Positions 11,777 through 24,600 of a stretch of 64,000 nucleotides of DNA are shown in pieces. The DNA is from Paragordius varius (Eukaryota > Animalia > Nematomorpha): the NCBI GenBank assembly GCA_964247055.1, contig OZ176053.1, forward strand, positions 7,502,001 through 7,566,000, given 5' to 3'. The notes beneath the pieces are model-generated. The model had not been told where the DNA came from. It saw nothing but the letters and a program-made list of their open reading frames with translations, and ran no database searches. The stretch's first letter is position 1. Every line of letters starts with the position of its first letter. The translations under genes and the position numbers were made by a program.

Positions 11777-14097
11777 TCACCAATTTACCCTAATTAATAA
11801 TATAAATATGATATCTGTAAAACGCTTTCCCACATTTGATGATGATTTTTTACAACATCTTTTGCGCTTATCCTTATTATTAATACTGACTGCTTCTGAT
11901 TGTATGCATGAATAAATAAGAGCTTTAATTCCCCTGGTGTGCCATGGACAATGATGGCCAGGGACACAAAATATTTTTAATATTTTTTTCCTTCACACTC
12001 ATATATACGGGCACGATTGTAAAATAAGTTTTTTGTATTATATATAATTTATGTTATGAATAAGGTTATGATTAAAGACAATACTTCCAAGCACGTAAAA
12101 AGATATATTTCCAAAAAAAGTTTAGCATTTAATATGGAGAGCTTAAAAGCAAGCCATTTTTTTTAATAGTTTACCTATATCTCCATCATTTTCATAATCA
12201 CCATATAAAAATGCTATTACCTTAATACTAAATTAGTTGGTTAACCCATTTTTGATGTGAAAGGCATCAAATTTTGGGGTAAAGGTGTATCTATTTCTGC
12301 ATTGAAAAATTAAAAGACAAATAAAAACATTTTAATTATTATTTATGTATACTAGACACTTATAATAAATCAAAACACTTTTCCTATACAATTTAATATA
12401 TAAAAAATATCTGTCGATATAAAATATCAATTTAAGCAGTCATTTTATCTCAAAATCACACTTGAGTGATTTTACACTAAAAAGCTTTTTCATGCTCTTC
12501 CAAAAATAGGGTTTAAATTTAAATTTTGAGTTATAACATAGTGTCCAAAAAAATAACATAATAAAAAATATATATACTGATAGAAAAATGCATAAGAAGC
12601 TTTTGGTTTTGGCCGTTTCGTGTTATATAAGAAAGTTATTCACACTTTAGTGGTAAGTGCTCTATATGAGAAAATGGGGAAGTTTGCGCATATTTTTTTA
12701 ATTTTTTTTTAAAAGCTAGAGCCTTCATTTTAAAAAATATCACTAAAATAAATAACTACATATACTAAGCAAAACAATATTATCAAAAAATCTTAATTTT
12801 TAGATGTGGGCTCTTAAAGTCATAAGTATTCTTAAATGAGCTGGCCCTCTTAATATAAACGAATGCGGGGATTGCGAAAGTTTTAAATACATGTTGAATT
12901 TTGACACCTTCTAAAAATATTCTTTTGAAAAGGCATACATTTTTAAAAATAAATTTGTAGCAAAATTTTGTTGAAACACACGTAATCCTAGTTGAAGGTA
13001 AGATAGAAACGGTATAAAAAGGCTTTTAGATATTACAAAAACACTTTTTCTATCGAATTTATAATGCTGAACATTATCGCCTCAGAATTTTAAATTAAGG
13101 GTTTGCTCTTGAAGATTTTGTTGAACTTTTAAAAATACACAATATCGATTTAACCTAAATTTGGAAACGAACAAATTTTTTTCTCAAATCTGAGGTGATC
13201 GAAATATTCAGCATCATTGAATAATATAGAAAAAGTGTTTTATTATTTTTTACGGTTTAAACTGTTTCCACCCCGACTCAAAAAAGTAAGAATCACGTTT
13301 CAACAGAATTTTGCCCAAACTAAATTTTTGAAAAAATTATGCTTTTTTAAAAAATATTTTTAGTTGATGTCAAAATTAGCATATTTAATCGCGCAATTTC
13401 CGCATTTTTGTGTTTATTCTAAGAGGACCAGCTCATTTTAAAAGAGCAAAAAAATGACTTTCAGAACCCACATCTAAAAATTTAATTTTTTTGAAAGTAT
13501 TGTTTTGCTTTTTATATATAAATTATGCTATTTAGTGTTATTTTCGGAGTGAAGACTCTAGCTTTGAGCAAAAAAATATTATTTATAGATGTGGGCAAAT
13601 TTTGCCATTTTTTGATATAGAGCACTTAAAAGTGTTAACTTTTTTAAATGACGCGTAAGGGCCAAAAAAGCCCTATTATAATCATGATAAATTTTCCTAA
13701 AAATATATATGAATATAACAGAAATGCTTTAATGTATTAGACATTGTAAATTTCGTTACAAATATAAACTGGCCTAAATAAATTACAATAACACACCATC
13801 ATAATAGCATTACTTATGTAACTTGTTAGTTACTATCAACAAACCCAAACTACGAAGGCATGCTCTCTCCAACGCTCTAATTGGCACACCGAAGATTGTT
13901 CAAAGCCCCATTTCTTGTTCAAAGTACTTTCTCTATATCGAAAAGTTGCAAAATTTTTTAAAAGTAAATTATTTTTAAAAATGACATTTTTTCTTTTATT
14001 TAAATGTATTTGTCGAACACGCCGATCGGCTAATTATTCATTAACCCCCAAAACCATTGTTTATCACACACCTTAAGTTATGGCAGGCCGTGGCCAT
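11777..14097 (-). CDS. Putative uncharacterised multi-exon gene or pseudogene, divergent from TTF2; exon structure not resolved
   Basis: GC-richer islands with splice-like ends translate as MATACHNLR / ESTLNKKWGFEQSSVCQLERWREHAFVVW / NRYTFTPKFDAFHIKNG / IKVIAFLYGDYENDGDI / KKILKIFCVPGHHCPWHTRGIKALIYSCIQ. Family not recognised and one junction could not be closed in frame. Confidence 0.35.
12643..13634. mobile_element. Fold-back MITE (~990 bp) with ~450-bp inverted arms and TTAA-type target site (piggyBac-like termini CACTT...AAGTG)
   Basis: Left arm (CACTTTAGTGGTAAGTGCTCTATATG...GATGTGGGCTC...GAGCTGGCCCTCTTA...CCTCAGA) is mirrored on the right (TCTGAGG...TAAGAGGACCAGCTC...CCCACATC...ATATAGAGCACTTAAAAGTG). 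Flanks are TTCA and TTAA. Confidence 0.8.
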
Positions 14098-14335
14098 CGG
14101 ATCGCTTTGGAATCAACGATACTAATTCAAAGTTTTCATCGAATCCGTTTTATGATAATATTGATATCAGCTATTTTTGATAATTTCAAGAGAGTTTTTT
14201 TAAAACTGGTTAAATAATAATTCATTTTCCTCAATTAGAAGCTTACCTTTGTATTTACTAACAGAAATTATTAATATTTTAGGTGCTTTGTAAAATATGA
14301 TTTACAACTGATGAAGCGGGCGTTCAAATTTTTGA

Positions 14336-17300
14336 ATGGATAAAAGCGTGATACTTTTTGAAGAGAGGAATAGTACAGTTTTGATTAGTGACGATTCTTC
14401 CTCTTCTATTTCCGATGATCTTAATCCCAAAATTAATTTTAGATCTGATGAAAGTATTGGTAATACTATAAATCAGGTTATGATAAAGATAAACATGAGG
14501 AAATACAAAAAAATATTAATAAAATATCGGCTTTACTTGGTTCATCCTTAGTATCAATTTTACCAGATAAAAGGGTGAAGTTAGAGAAAAAATTGCAAGA
14601 ATTAAAAGATATGGATCATAGTTTGCGAAATATTAGATCCACAGTAAAATCCATATAATCCTTAGCATGATAAAAAGTTTATGGACCGTAAAAAGGTAAA
14701 TAGTTCGCAAATATACAAGCCCAAAAACTTTGTAACCTTGCAAAATTTAGGTGAACGCAGGGTGGAATTAGAAAATACCACAGATAAAGAAAAGAAAACT
14801 ATACATGGTCTATTCAAATGTTTAGAAACTCAACCTAATAAAAATAATGATAAATTTGATGACAAGTTGTACAGTCAATGTGAAAAATATTTTAAGTTTT
14901 CACTAAAAACACACCAGATTAGTGCTTTATCATGGATGCTTAACCGGGAACATCAATGTTTACAAGGAGATACATTTTCAGGAACAGGGGGCATATTGGC
15001 TGACGATATGGGTTTGGGGAAAACTTTGACTACGATAGCATTAATTGTGATGTCAAAACATCAAAATACACATAACAATAATGGTTAGTAAAAAATTTAA
15101 CTTTGTAGAAGATTTTGAATTATATGTACACACTTTGATAACGTATCTTTTATAAAATATACACTCTGTTGAACCAACGCACAGAGAACAAAAATAATAT
15201 AGTATAAATATTCGATAAAATAATCTAGCACTTCTATTTAGTTTTTTTATTTAGACAATATTTTAAATAGCAACCATAATTACTTACTTGACCGTGAATA
15301 ATAAATCTAAAAAACTAATTCATATAACTATTATATGTTATCTATCAAAGCAGTTAATATTTGAACATTCTTCAATATTAACGTATAAGCGCGAATACTT
15401 CACGCTTTGTCTTCCTAATTGAAGCTTGTAATAAACCTTTTTTCAAGGCCATGGATGATTCAAGCTAAGTCTTTCTATTTGTATCTTTTCATTCCATCTA
15501 TGCTGTCGTTATTTGCGGGTTTTTCCGTGTGATTTCTATAGGCTGATAATTAGCATTGGGTGATTAATGGTCGGCATTTTATATAACACATAATTTGGGT
15601 TTGCTTTTTTCTCTCGATGTATTATTTTCAATGGCGCGCATTTGGCGAGGTTTGTTTTGTTTTAAACGTATGTTTCGTTAGCTTACGTAAGTGATCTGAC
15701 TCCTGCTATGGATATCAAACAATTCAAAAACATTTATAAAATATTTTTTAATAATTTTCCACGCTTGGGTTTCTTATCACCATGGTTATGTAGCCATGAT
15801 ATGCCTCATAGGTAAGTATTATTTACATTTTCCATAAATCACATGCGTTTTTGATTATTTTTTCGTTGTAGCAATTTTAGTATATCAGTTATATCATTTT
15901 CTATTAAAAGCAAATCTTAAATGAACGCAGCATTTTTTTCATTAAACCCAATATTTTTTCATCCACATGCAGCATTTCAATCAAACGCAACATTTTTTTG
16001 ATTTACTTATTAAATGCTACATAAAGTTAACATTTAATTTAAAGCACATTTTAGGTGGTTTGAATGTTGAATTCGTAAAAAATAGAAAAATAGGAAACGC
16101 GTAAATTTTTTATAGAAATATAAAAGTATTTTGAAAGATTATAAGTACTAAAGGAAGAATTTTTAATTTGGCAGAAATAAATAAATATTTGTTTTAGAAT
16201 ATTACGATATCAATAACAAACTAATTGCACATATTTCACAATTTTTTACCAATATCTTTTGATAAATATTTTCGTTTTTATTTATCCTTATTCAAGTTCA
16301 CTTTTTTGAAATATTTTTTTAACACAATATGGTATTGATTTACATGCCAAATATTAATTAATAAACATAAGACTTCAAAAATGACAGAAAATGTATAATC
16401 TTTTTAATATATTTGATCATTAACTTTAAGATCATTATAAAACTTATGGAAAATGTTAGACAAACTTGAATTGTTTAGGGAGTAACCTGCAATGTTTAAA
16501 GAGCAACTTGATGTGCAAATAGTAGTATAAACTAATTTTTTATCAAAAATAATAGTTTTTAAATCATTATAAAATTCCTATATACAATCAGCAGATATTA
16601 AAAACCTAAGCATTTTCTATGGTTTACCCTTTTCATTAAATTTAAACGCTATAACTACCTAAATAGTCTCTTAAAATTTTTAAATAGTCTCTAAATAAAA
16701 AAATGTTCCGTTTGATAAAAAAAATGTTGTCTTAAAAGGGAAAAAATGTTGCGTTTGATAAAAAAATGTGCCTTAGAATAAAAATTGCTTTTGACCAAAA
16801 AAATATTTTGGAAGAAAAAAATGTTGTTTTTGATCATAAAAAAAGTTTTACCTTACACTAAAAAATGGTGTCTTTAATCATTTTTTTTAAATTGCCTTCA
16901 GAATATAAGTATTTTAGCGGTGTCTTCATATGAATTTTCGATTTTTTTGCGTAAATAGATTTCATTCAATGTAAAGCCTCCACATCAATAACGGCTAATT
17001 CTATACACGGGATTTCGGATAATCAGGGACCAACTTTAATTATCTGTCCTGCTTCCATAATCCATCAATGGGAAAATGAAATTAAAAAGTTTTGCGTTAA
17101 AAGACCCAAAGTGCTAGTTTATCATGGCTCTGATCGCACCCAAAGGGCCCATCATTTATCTAATCATGATATAGTTATATCAACCTATAATTTGGCAGGT
17201 ATTATTATTTTATATTATAATCTTTATAAAATTTACACTTGTAAAATTTAATATTTTCGAAATAGTTGTGCCCTGTCACATATCCTTATCACTAAAGACC

Positions 17301-20300
17301 AGATGCAAAAGATCGGTTAATTATCGTTTAAGTTTTTTTTTATTAAAATTTGTTTAAAATTGTTTCCTTTGTATTAATTAATCTGTCGCGATAATTTAAT
17401 AATCGCAAAATTCGCAAAGGCATAAACGGATATTTTTTATTTTTTAAGTATAATTTTGTATATCTTGACCCTTTCTCTCGATGGAAGTAAGTTTTGAAAC
17501 TGTTCCATAGGTTGTTTTGAATTCAAATAACGATTAAGTAATTATTTAAAAATTTATAAATTTCAACAAGGCTCTATTTAAAATACTTTCAATGATTTTT
17601 TTAAAATAACCGTTAGATTTATAACTGCAATATGTAACATCTAAATAATAAATAAAACCTATATAGCAATCGATGTATTAAATCCACAAAAAATTTACAT
17701 AATGCGATTTAAATATGTGAAAAATTGATCAAAATAAAAACTTGTATATTATACAACGATACAATTAAGAACCGTGAACCACGGTTTTCGTTGCTACTAA
17801 ATTGTAATTCTTCACAAAAATTATTCTGCTTTCCGATCCCTGATATAGTGATGAGTTATGATTGCAAATCCGAAGTAAAAACTACCTCAGAATTACTTGT
17901 AAAACTTCAAGGATTTATACGCTCTTTGGACCAACTACTGGCAGATTTTTAACTTTTTTTGCGACAAAAATGAGCTAAACATATTAGTTTGAAATTTTCG
18001 GCCATAAAATCTGTGAATCAATAAATGGTATTTGGGGCATATAAATGAATGAGAACAGTTTCATGTTTCTCATAAAAAAGGATGTGGGTTCTTTTCAAAT
18101 AGTATGTTTTTATGTGGTGCTAAATATTGTGGTTAATAAAAACGCTATTTTATCTGTCAAACATTGAAATTTTTATGGCCATTACTGAATTCATCTTCTA
18201 TAAAAAGATCTTTTAGGCCATTGTCCTATCGGCCGTTCCTATTTCTAAACGTGTTAACACAAAGAATAATTTAAGCTCTTCAAAAAATTAATTAAAACAA
18301 CCATTATTTGTTGGTTTTACAGGTTTCCTTAAAATTTTTTTAGATTTTACATTTTAAATTATCTAACAAATATAAACTTTTATGGAAAAATGCATCAGAC
18401 ATTTATTATACCCTGATCCAAAATGATAATTTATAATCATTACTAACAAAACCAGCGAATCCGTTTAGAAAAAACATAGTAAAAGCCTAATAATCTAATA
18501 CATTTTTATTATGTATTAATACTATAAAGCGTCATCTTTTATTAGGTTATTTTTTTAATATATTTACAAAAATTATGTAATGCTTACTTCAGTAATAAAC
18601 CTTTTCTTTTTTTTCAAATTTATTTTACTTCAATCTAATTTAAAAATATATGTTTGTTCAAATTATTGATATAAAAGATTTGGATATCAAGTAAAAACCA
18701 ATCATTTTATATGTATATGTTGTATCAAAATTAAAAATTAATTTAAAAATATATTTTTAGGACGTGAACAGATTTTTCAAGACGTAACTTGGCACCGAAT
18801 TATATTAGATGAAGGTCATTACATCAAAAACCCAAAATGTATAACAAGTCTTGCACTTTGTCGTTTACAAGCCAAATATCGTTGGATTTTGACTGGGACA
18901 CCCATACACAATGAACTCAAAGATTTATATTCACTCATAAAATTTTTGCGCGTAACTCCATTCGACAATGTACATGTGTGGAAAAGATTAATTGGAGACG
19001 CTATTAATTCAACGGCTAATAGTCCAAAGGAGGATAATGTGGTTGACAAAAGCCTTATTTCCTCGAACACAAACTCGCAAATCATGTATAATTTAAAGTA
19101 AGTCGATATATAAAAGTTTTTTTATAAATTTGCTGTTGTTTTTGTTTAGCATTAATAATTGAGGGTACACCATAATAAAATATCCAGTATTTTAGTTTTT
19201 TTTGATGATATTCTTTTATAGTAGGTTTAAGTTGTTTACTACAAATTTTTTATTTGCAAATATATTTGTTACGGATAATATATGTAAGTAGTTAATAAGT
19301 TTGTTTCTTTTACAGTTTAGTTTGATTTTGATTGGATGTTTGTTACAAATTTAAGGCGATGAATTTTGGAGAAATAATAATTATTAAACGTTCTTTTTAT
19401 ATGTGCTTAATTAACTTGATTATGTTCAATTTTAAGGAATAGAAATTTGGCCTGTCAAAAATCGCGCTTAGCATTGTTACTGCGAGTAGTTTGCATGCGT
19501 AGGACAAAACAAGAAACGGATCATTTAGGTCAATCTATTGTCCCATTGCCACCCAGGACATTTCAAACGCATAAACTGGTACTTAATGAAAATGAATTGG
19601 ATCTCTACACACGTATTCTTCGCAAATCTCAAATCTTTTTTAAACAACTCATGGCACAAAAAGAGGATAAAGCCATACCCTATTACCAAAGGTTTCGTAA
19701 TCAGACCAATGTTTTAGTCTATCTCCTGCGAATCCGCCAATGTTGTTGCCATCCAGTGCTGTTAAAACAATTCGTTCGAGTATGTAAAACAACAATTATA
19801 ATTAAATGTTGGGTTTGACCTGAGGTGTGACTGCATTTGTAAAATGTTAGCGCTCAATAAAATATCCATTCACAGATGATGTTTATTATGTGTAAAATAA
19901 AATTAAATGTAAAAATGTGATTTTTAATTTTTATTGAATTTGCTTATGTCAGGTATTTGTTTTTAACAAACCCAATTTAAACGTTTAATTTAATTTTGTT
20001 TGGTTAATACGATGACTGCCCATACCATGAATGACTGTATTAATACCGGCTAAAAACCAACCTTAATTACAACTTATTTTTATAAATTTTAATGACTAAT
20101 ATGTGAAATAAAATTTAGTATATAGATATGAAAATATATCTATAACAAAGCAACAAATTATCTAAACAATTTTATAGCACTTGAGAAAATTAATATTTTA
20201 TAAATTTCATTTTTAAAAATTTATTCCCAATACAATATTGTTGTTAATTCAATCTTTATTAGTAACGCATATCACATGTTGCCCAATTTGGATACATTTG

Positions 20301-21596
20301 TTTCGTAATATTTATTCCATATTTTTATTTAGATTAACTTAACCGGCGATTGTGAGGAAGATAGTAAATACCCTAAATCGATTAATGAAGGTAAAAAATC
20401 TGGCCCAGAAGTTGACGATTTGGAAAAAAGTTTTGCAAATTTGTCGTTTGAAAAATTTTCTCCTGCCAAAGTATTATATATTATTTATCTGAATATTTCT
20501 GTATATAATATACTTGCTACAAAATACGACAAAAAATTTTACGATTTAACAACAATATGCCATAAATATTACAAAGGTTAACTGCTTAATTATGCATCTA
20601 TTGCGTGCAATAGAATTTTATCATATCGAAATCAAACATTCCCAAAATAAAATCATATTTACTATTTATATCTAATTAATCGGAATGATTTAATTATTTG
20701 TAAATAAAATAATTTTTAGCGTAAAAAATATATATATTTTATAGGCGGGCAGTCGACACAATGGGTCATTTCTAAACGAGGAAGATATGAAAATGTTGGA
20801 AAAACAATTCGAGAGCCTATGTAAACAATCATATATTAGCACTAAAATCAAATGCCTGTTAAAATTGCTCAATGAAATATTTTACCCGTCAAATGCCAAT
20901 CCAAATGATGATGATTCTGTTATATCAGACGATGAAAATGGTTCGAAACAAGAAAAATCGCACACAAATGTAATACAATTTAAAACTCCTCATCAACAAC
21001 AAATTATGAAACCCAAATGTGTCATTGTATCACAATGGACCAGTTTTTTGAACGTTTTGAAAGTTCATTTAGCCCGGAATGGATTTTCCCATTATCAAAC
21101 GATTGATGGAAGTACCAAACCCATAAATCGTACCTTGATATCACGAGATTTTAATGAAAACGCTTCAGGAGCACCAATTTTACTCCTGTCCCTCCAAGCT
21201 GGTGGGGTCGGTCTCAATTTGGTGGGGGCCAATCACATGATTTTCCTGGATTCTCATTGGAATCCAGCGCTCGAAGCGCAAGCCAGTGACCGTATATACC
21301 GGATTGGACAAACTCGCCCCGTTACTATACATAGGCTTTTGTGTAAACAAACGGTTGAAGAAAAAATTGTAGCGTTACAAACGGCTAAACAGCAATTGGC
21401 CCAAAGTGCACTAATTAATTCCTCTAAAAGTAAGGATTTAAACCTTAAATCATCACACCAACAGGCTAACGAGAATTATGATGTTAAAAAGTTTTCCAAC
21501 CATGGACAAATATCAAACAATCCAAATAAGCAACATCGTTTAGGTTTGGATGATATAAAATTACTTTTATTCAATAATAATGATGATGATAGTTAA
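14336..21596 (+). CDS. TTF2: Transcription termination factor 2 / lodestar (SNF2-family helicase). Exons ~14336-14459, 14552-14643, 14666-15083, 16959-17198, 17266-~17331 (uncertain), 18761-19097, 19437-19779, 20333-20470, 20745-21596
   Basis: SNF2 motifs in order: [111 protein letters not shown]2-typical segments LPDK..KL and [11 protein letters not shown] are present. Confidence 0.9.
15915..16840. repeat. ~21-bp minisatellite arrays in opposite orientation (~15915-15980 and ~16697-16840) in a TTF2 intron; probably the arms of a decayed element of the same family as 1995-2172
   Basis: Units such as AAAAAATGTTGCGTTTGATAA repeat at 16697-16840, and the reverse complement (ATCAAACGCAACATTTTTT) occurs near 15960. 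Confidence 0.5.
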
Positions 21597-21637
21597 GTAA
21601 CCGCTGTGTTTAATGTTAAAAAATCACAATTGTATCA

Positions 21638-24600
21638 TCATGCCTTGATTGTTGTTAATTCATCTATGAATGCTTTGCAACAGGACATACATTCTTGAAA
21701 GACCTCTTCAAAACTATCCATTCCATCCTAAGTTATTATAATTGAAATAAACGTAATAAGGATCTCGTATTGGCTTTCCGGGATGTGTTAGATTCCATTT
21801 TCCAAATCTTTCAAGTTTTGCATGGCTATTTTTTGGCTGGATATCATTTAGATCTCTATATATAAATTATAATATTTCAAAAAAAAATTTAACGATGACC
21901 AACAAGAGTTCGCAATATCAATATACAAACTTTTAAATTAGCAATTGATTCACAAAAATAATTAATTTTAAACAACTTTGTACATTAAACAAAAATCTCT
22001 TATTTCATAAATTTTAAAATGACTGTCTAAAAACTTTGGATTTGTATACTGAAAACAAATCATATTGATTTACTATAAAATTATGGAAATAAATTATATA
22101 ATATTCGTATATTAATTTTAAATTATAATTTAATAAATATTTATTTAACTAGATAAGAATAGAAGACATTTAATCAATTAGAATTTGGATTAAACGTGAG
22201 AACAAATCATATTGATTTACTATAAAATTATAAAATATATAAATATTCGTATATTAATTTTAAATTATAATTTAATAAATATTTTAATCAGATAAGAATA
22301 AAAGACATTTAATCAATTAGAATGAATAAATTTCCAAAATCATTGAAATTAATCTTAACTGGAAAAATCAGCGGTAAATTGAATAAAATATTAATATCGC
22401 AAAATATTTAATACCGTTTTAATTTGTAAACAACAGATTCTGAGTAGGATTAATAAACTTTTTGCTCGTTAGAATTAATTATTTTTATTCATATAAACTA
22501 AAAAGTCATAGGATTGATAATGTATCGTAAGGAGCGCTTTGGCGCTTATAATTTTTTAACCATTTATTTCAGAATGACAATCAATAAATTAATGATGGAT
22601 GCTATGTTTTATATAAAAATGATCGGCATATGAACCAATTCTGAGAATGTGTTAGTCCATAAACATTTATATCAGGGGTGGCCACACTTTTTTTGTCGCG
22701 AGCTTTTTTTTTGGCTTTTTTGTTAAAAAAAGAGTTCGCGGTCACCCAGAAATATTTATCAAAAAAACTCAATCAACACTTTAAATGATGTATATACCTG
22801 CTTTACAGATTAGAGTGACTTGTTTAAACCATTTTAAAATTGTAATTTTTTTATCTATCAACCAAATACAAAAATAATTTTAATTAAAAGACAACGGGTT
22901 ATTAACTACCTTAATTTTTTAACCAACATAAAACACTTCAAAATATTTATTTATTAAATTTCTATTATATGAAATTTTACAATATAAAAATTTAAACAAT
23001 GCATTTGAAATTACAGGGGAGAATACATTATGATACAAAAAATAAAAGAAATAAAAAATAGCATTCCAATTTAGAAACATAATTTGAACATAAATAAGAG
23101 TACATTGAAATTGTATCAGTTTTAATTCTATCCCCATATTTTTTAGTAAATCGGCTTTTTCCTAAGCGAAAATACAACTCGATAAACATCCATATTTAAT
23201 AAAGAAAAAAATATTTAAAACGCCCGACTGCGAAAAAATTCAGAAAGTTTATCTAAATTAGTTCAAATGAAGTCAAAGCAATTCTCAAACATGATTCTAA
23301 ATGTTTATTAGTTAATTGTGACCTCTGTTTAGCTTTGCTAGCATTCATATTTGAAAAGGCCGATTCACATAAATATGTGGATCCAAAAAAAGAATTAAAT
23401 AATGCAGCGGTTTTCCAAATATGGGGGTATTTATCTTTATTTATAAATTTATATATATCTGATCCTAATGATTTTAGATGGATATCGCATTTAACATTTA
23501 TTAATTCCTCTTCCAACTCTGCTAAATTTGGTACACCAGGAAAGTGGCTGAGTTTTTGAGCAATATATTCAACATTATTATTATTAAATGGGCATGATAA
23601 AAAAATAGCGATGTCTTCAAGTTTATTTATAGATAAAAATCGTTTTTCAAAATCATTAATAAGCAGACCAATATCATCTGCATATTTTTCAAAAGAGAGA
23701 TTCTCTATTTTTTCAGACACCGCTGCCAGATTAAAAAAATGTTTTAAATCTCGGTTTTTAAATTGTGTTTCTACTACTGTTAGTGTTTCCTTAAAAGATT
23801 TTAAAGCACCCATCATATCCATTATTGTTTTATCTTTTCCTTGTAATTGGATGTTTAATTTATGCAATTTTTCCGTGATATCGCATAAAAATGCAAGATC
23901 AAGCAGCCAATCTTGATCTTTCAATTCAGGGTATGAAAATTTAGAATTCTCTAAAAAAATTTCTATTTGTGGTAAAAGTTGCCTAAATCTAATTAAAAAT
24001 GCGGCACGACTCAACCACCTTACATCAGTATGTAATAAAAGTTCTCCATATTCCACGCCGCACTCATTTAACGAAATTCGAAATTGGCGGCGGGACAAGC
24101 TTTTTGTTCGAATTGCGTTAACAATTTTAAAACAGGGGTTCATTACATGATGATATTTTAAAACTTTTGAACATAAAACTTGATTATGGATTATACAATG
24201 GTAATCAATGAACTTGGGAAATGCACTGTGATTTTTACATAAAGCGATAAAGCCGTTGTTAACGCCAATCATAGCTGGAGCTCCATCAGTAGTTATAGAT
24301 GCGAGTTTTACGATGGGAAGTTTCGTATCTGTGATAAATTTATAAAAAGAATCAAAAATATCCTGCCCTCTGGTTCGTTCGTGGAGAGGTATTATAGTTA
24401 ATAATTCCTTCTCTGCAGATACACTAAATATCATACGAATAAAAATGCATAATTGGGCGATTCCAACATAATCGGTGGACTCATCGAGTTTCAAGGAAAA
24501 AAAATACAGTTATTAATATTTTCATGTAAAATTTCATCAAGATTATTACTAATATCTTCAGCCCTGCGCATAACGGTATTTCTCGATAAGCTTATGCTTT

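Noticed and set aside
13800-14336. Apparent absence of the N-terminal GRF zinc finger of TTF2
   Set aside because: Upstream exons may simply be unrecognised, so loss cannot be claimed.
15380-15820. GC-richer stretch in a TTF2 intron with a faint AGVR reverse-transcriptase-like motif on the minus strand
   Set aside because: Too degraded to support a call by eye; needs TBLASTX against LINE RTs.
16697-16840. Regularly spaced ~21-bp units as a possible CRISPR-like array
   Set aside because: Degenerate tandem minisatellite without unique spacers, in a eukaryotic intron.
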